A stretch of DNA of 64,000 bases. Source: Antedon mediterranea (Eukaryota > Animalia > Echinodermata). A model generated the notes under the pieces. That model saw nothing but the letters and a program-made list of their open reading frames with translations, ran no database searches and was not told the DNA's origin. Both the position numbers and the translations under genes were made by a program. Shown one piece after another: positions 62,022 to 64,000 of the stretch (position 1 is the first letter of the stretch; each line of letters begins with the position of its first letter). The stretch is taken from positions 24,755,365 to 24,819,364 of the forward strand of contig NC_092678.1 in NCBI RefSeq assembly GCF_964355755.1. Reading direction: 5' to 3'.

Positions 62022-62072
62022 GTCTGATTATTTTCGATACGTGTGCGACCGATCCTTCATCATCAGTCAGAC
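62022..62072 (-). ncRNA. Second degenerate hammerhead-like motif
   Basis: Minus strand GTCTGA-CTGATGA-tgaag-GATCG gtcgcaca CGTATC-GAAA-ataa-TCAGAC, with a 6-bp closing stem I. Confidence 0.4.
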
Positions 62073-62368
62073 TTATTAATGTCCAAGTCGTGTATCTCAA
62101 GATATACACACGGGACATTGTCTATACACACGGGTTGAGTTGAGCAAGTGACAGTGTTCCGTTTCCATACAATTCGGATACATTTCTGTCATTTGTAGCA
62201 TTTTAAATCTTAGTCACAACTACAAAGTACATATAGCACTTGTATGACAGATATCAAAATGATAAGCAGACATAACGCGATACTAAATTTTGTTTTAAGA
62301 TTCAAGATAAATATTTTTGCTTCTGTAGATTTAAAAAAAAAACGACGACTAGAAATACATATTTACGA

Positions 62369-62723
62369 GTTCATTGAAGATGCACTATAAAGTCCTACTA
62401 CCGTGGCTTCTTTCTTTGTTATACGGTGAAAATCGTGTTCAAAATAAATACAATGGTTATGAATAGTTAAAAATATAAAATATAAAAAACTTTTGTGATT
62501 CTTTACATTTCACCTAGAGAGGACAATAAAAAGGTAATAAAGTTCATTGAAGATGCACTACATAGGCCTACTACCGTGTCTCTTTTCTTTGTTACACGGT
62601 AATCTGTAAATTGCGAAAATCGTGTTAAAATTACAATGTATGTGAATAGTTAAAAACATACAATATAAAAGACTTTTGTAATTCTTTACATTTTACCTAG
62701 GGATGACAATAAAAAGGTAATAA
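62369..62723. repeat. ~172-bp diverged tandem duplication
   Basis: AGTTCATTGAAGATGCACTA at ~62369 and ~62541; both copies end in GACAATAAAAAGGTAATAAA. Confidence 0.85.
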
Positions 62724-63816
62724 ATAATGTCAAGTAGCAGTCGGAAGCCTCAATGACCTAAATCAAGTGATACATCATAACAACTAATATAACGAATAAA
62801 TCACAAATCAATTGACCTCAAAATATCACCCCGTTCTCGTTTTCTAATAATGGTCTACTTCTGCTCTATTCATTTCATCGTGTAAACATTTCATTATGTT
62901 CGCAAGATAGTAAATGGTTATTTCCGTTTCGAGGGTCTGATGCCTAAACACTATTAATAAGACCATGCAGAAATTATCCATGATAATACACAGTTTTAAA
63001 ATTATAATAGGTTACAGTTTTCATAACGAGGCTACTTAGCGTACGCGCATGTGCAAAAATCCACGCTGTTGTATACGCGCACGTTGAGTGACGTGCACGT
63101 TGAGTGACGCGCACGCCGGGTACCACTCGATGGTACTTACAGTTAGATGCGCGCGCGCGTCTACAAACTTGATTAGAGTGACCACAACAATTGAATAAAT
63201 GTACAGCACAACAACATATAAAATATTGTAGATTGTCGTTTGAATGCATATTTATTATCGATATGAATGAGTATAAATGTGATACAAATTTAATCAATAA
63301 TGTAATAATACTTAAAATTTTAAAATCAATCAATGATTTAATAATACAGAAAACCCCAATTTGTATTATCGCTTTAATATCATATATTAATAGTTGTAGT
63401 CATTTGACCAATGTTCTTCACTTCGAATCCTTTGAAACACAACATGTAATCAGTTATTGAGTGAGTCTGCACAGAATGACAATTAGACTCAAAAGCTTCA
63501 TATTCGAATGATAGACTTCTTATTTGGAGCATCCGTCATCCATAGCGTATCCTCATTTATCTACTTAGGTATGGTCACTTTCTGTAAAATATACCTGAAT
63601 GATTTTTCAGCAACATACATAGCTGTTAGAAGTACATAATCATGCCATGATCAATCATCAGTAAAACAGGATAAACATTATCACAGATTATATACTTCAA
63701 AATAAATATACCAATACAAATGTTCTGGAATAAAATCTTCCTGTATACCTTATTTATTTGGAACCGTGATGGTCATGGTAGCAACACATTTTTAAACAAA
63801 TGACTTCATACTATAC

Positions 63817-64000
63817 CTTCCAAAGTCGATAACTTCCTAAGTTTGAAGTTGGTAACTTCCAAAGTTTGAAGTTGATAACTTCCAAAGTTTGAAGTTGATA
63901 AAACAAAGTTTGAAGTTTATGACTGCCAAAGTTTGAAGTTGATAAAACAAAGTTTGAATTTGATAAAACAAAGTTTGAAGTTGATAAAGCAAAGTTTGAA
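63817..64000. repeat. ~21-bp minisatellite running off the window end
   Basis: CAAAGTTTGAAGTTGATAA(CTTC/AA) units. Confidence 0.9.

Overview
AT-rich, intron-containing animal DNA. It is probably from a marine invertebrate, inferred from gene content and a Deu/Nin-type SINE. Two protein-coding genes were rebuilt exon by exon on the minus strand, with GT-AG sites and a consistent reading frame. (1) 14489-20928 is a 10-exon, ~514-aa gene. It fuses a DUF2064/TIGR04282-type (CofC-like) domain to a TIGR04283-type GT2 glycosyltransferase, the pair that accompanies arsenosugar biosynthesis genes in bacteria. (2) 22903-57357 is an 11-exon, ~7,875-aa secreted protein. It has a signal peptide, 4 N-terminal Kazal domains, a single 22,119-bp exon of nested Thr/Glu/Ser/Pro-rich repeats with dozens of acidic Ser-Gly sites, and 3 C-terminal Kazal domains. 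A probable spliced non-coding minus-strand transcript starts near 13.4 kb, upstream of an array of conserved stem-loops at 10.1-11.45 kb. The rest is MITEs and non-autonomous DNA transposons, SINE and LINE fragments, two degenerate hammerhead-like motifs and several minisatellites. Family assignments come from motif recognition by eye, not database searches.
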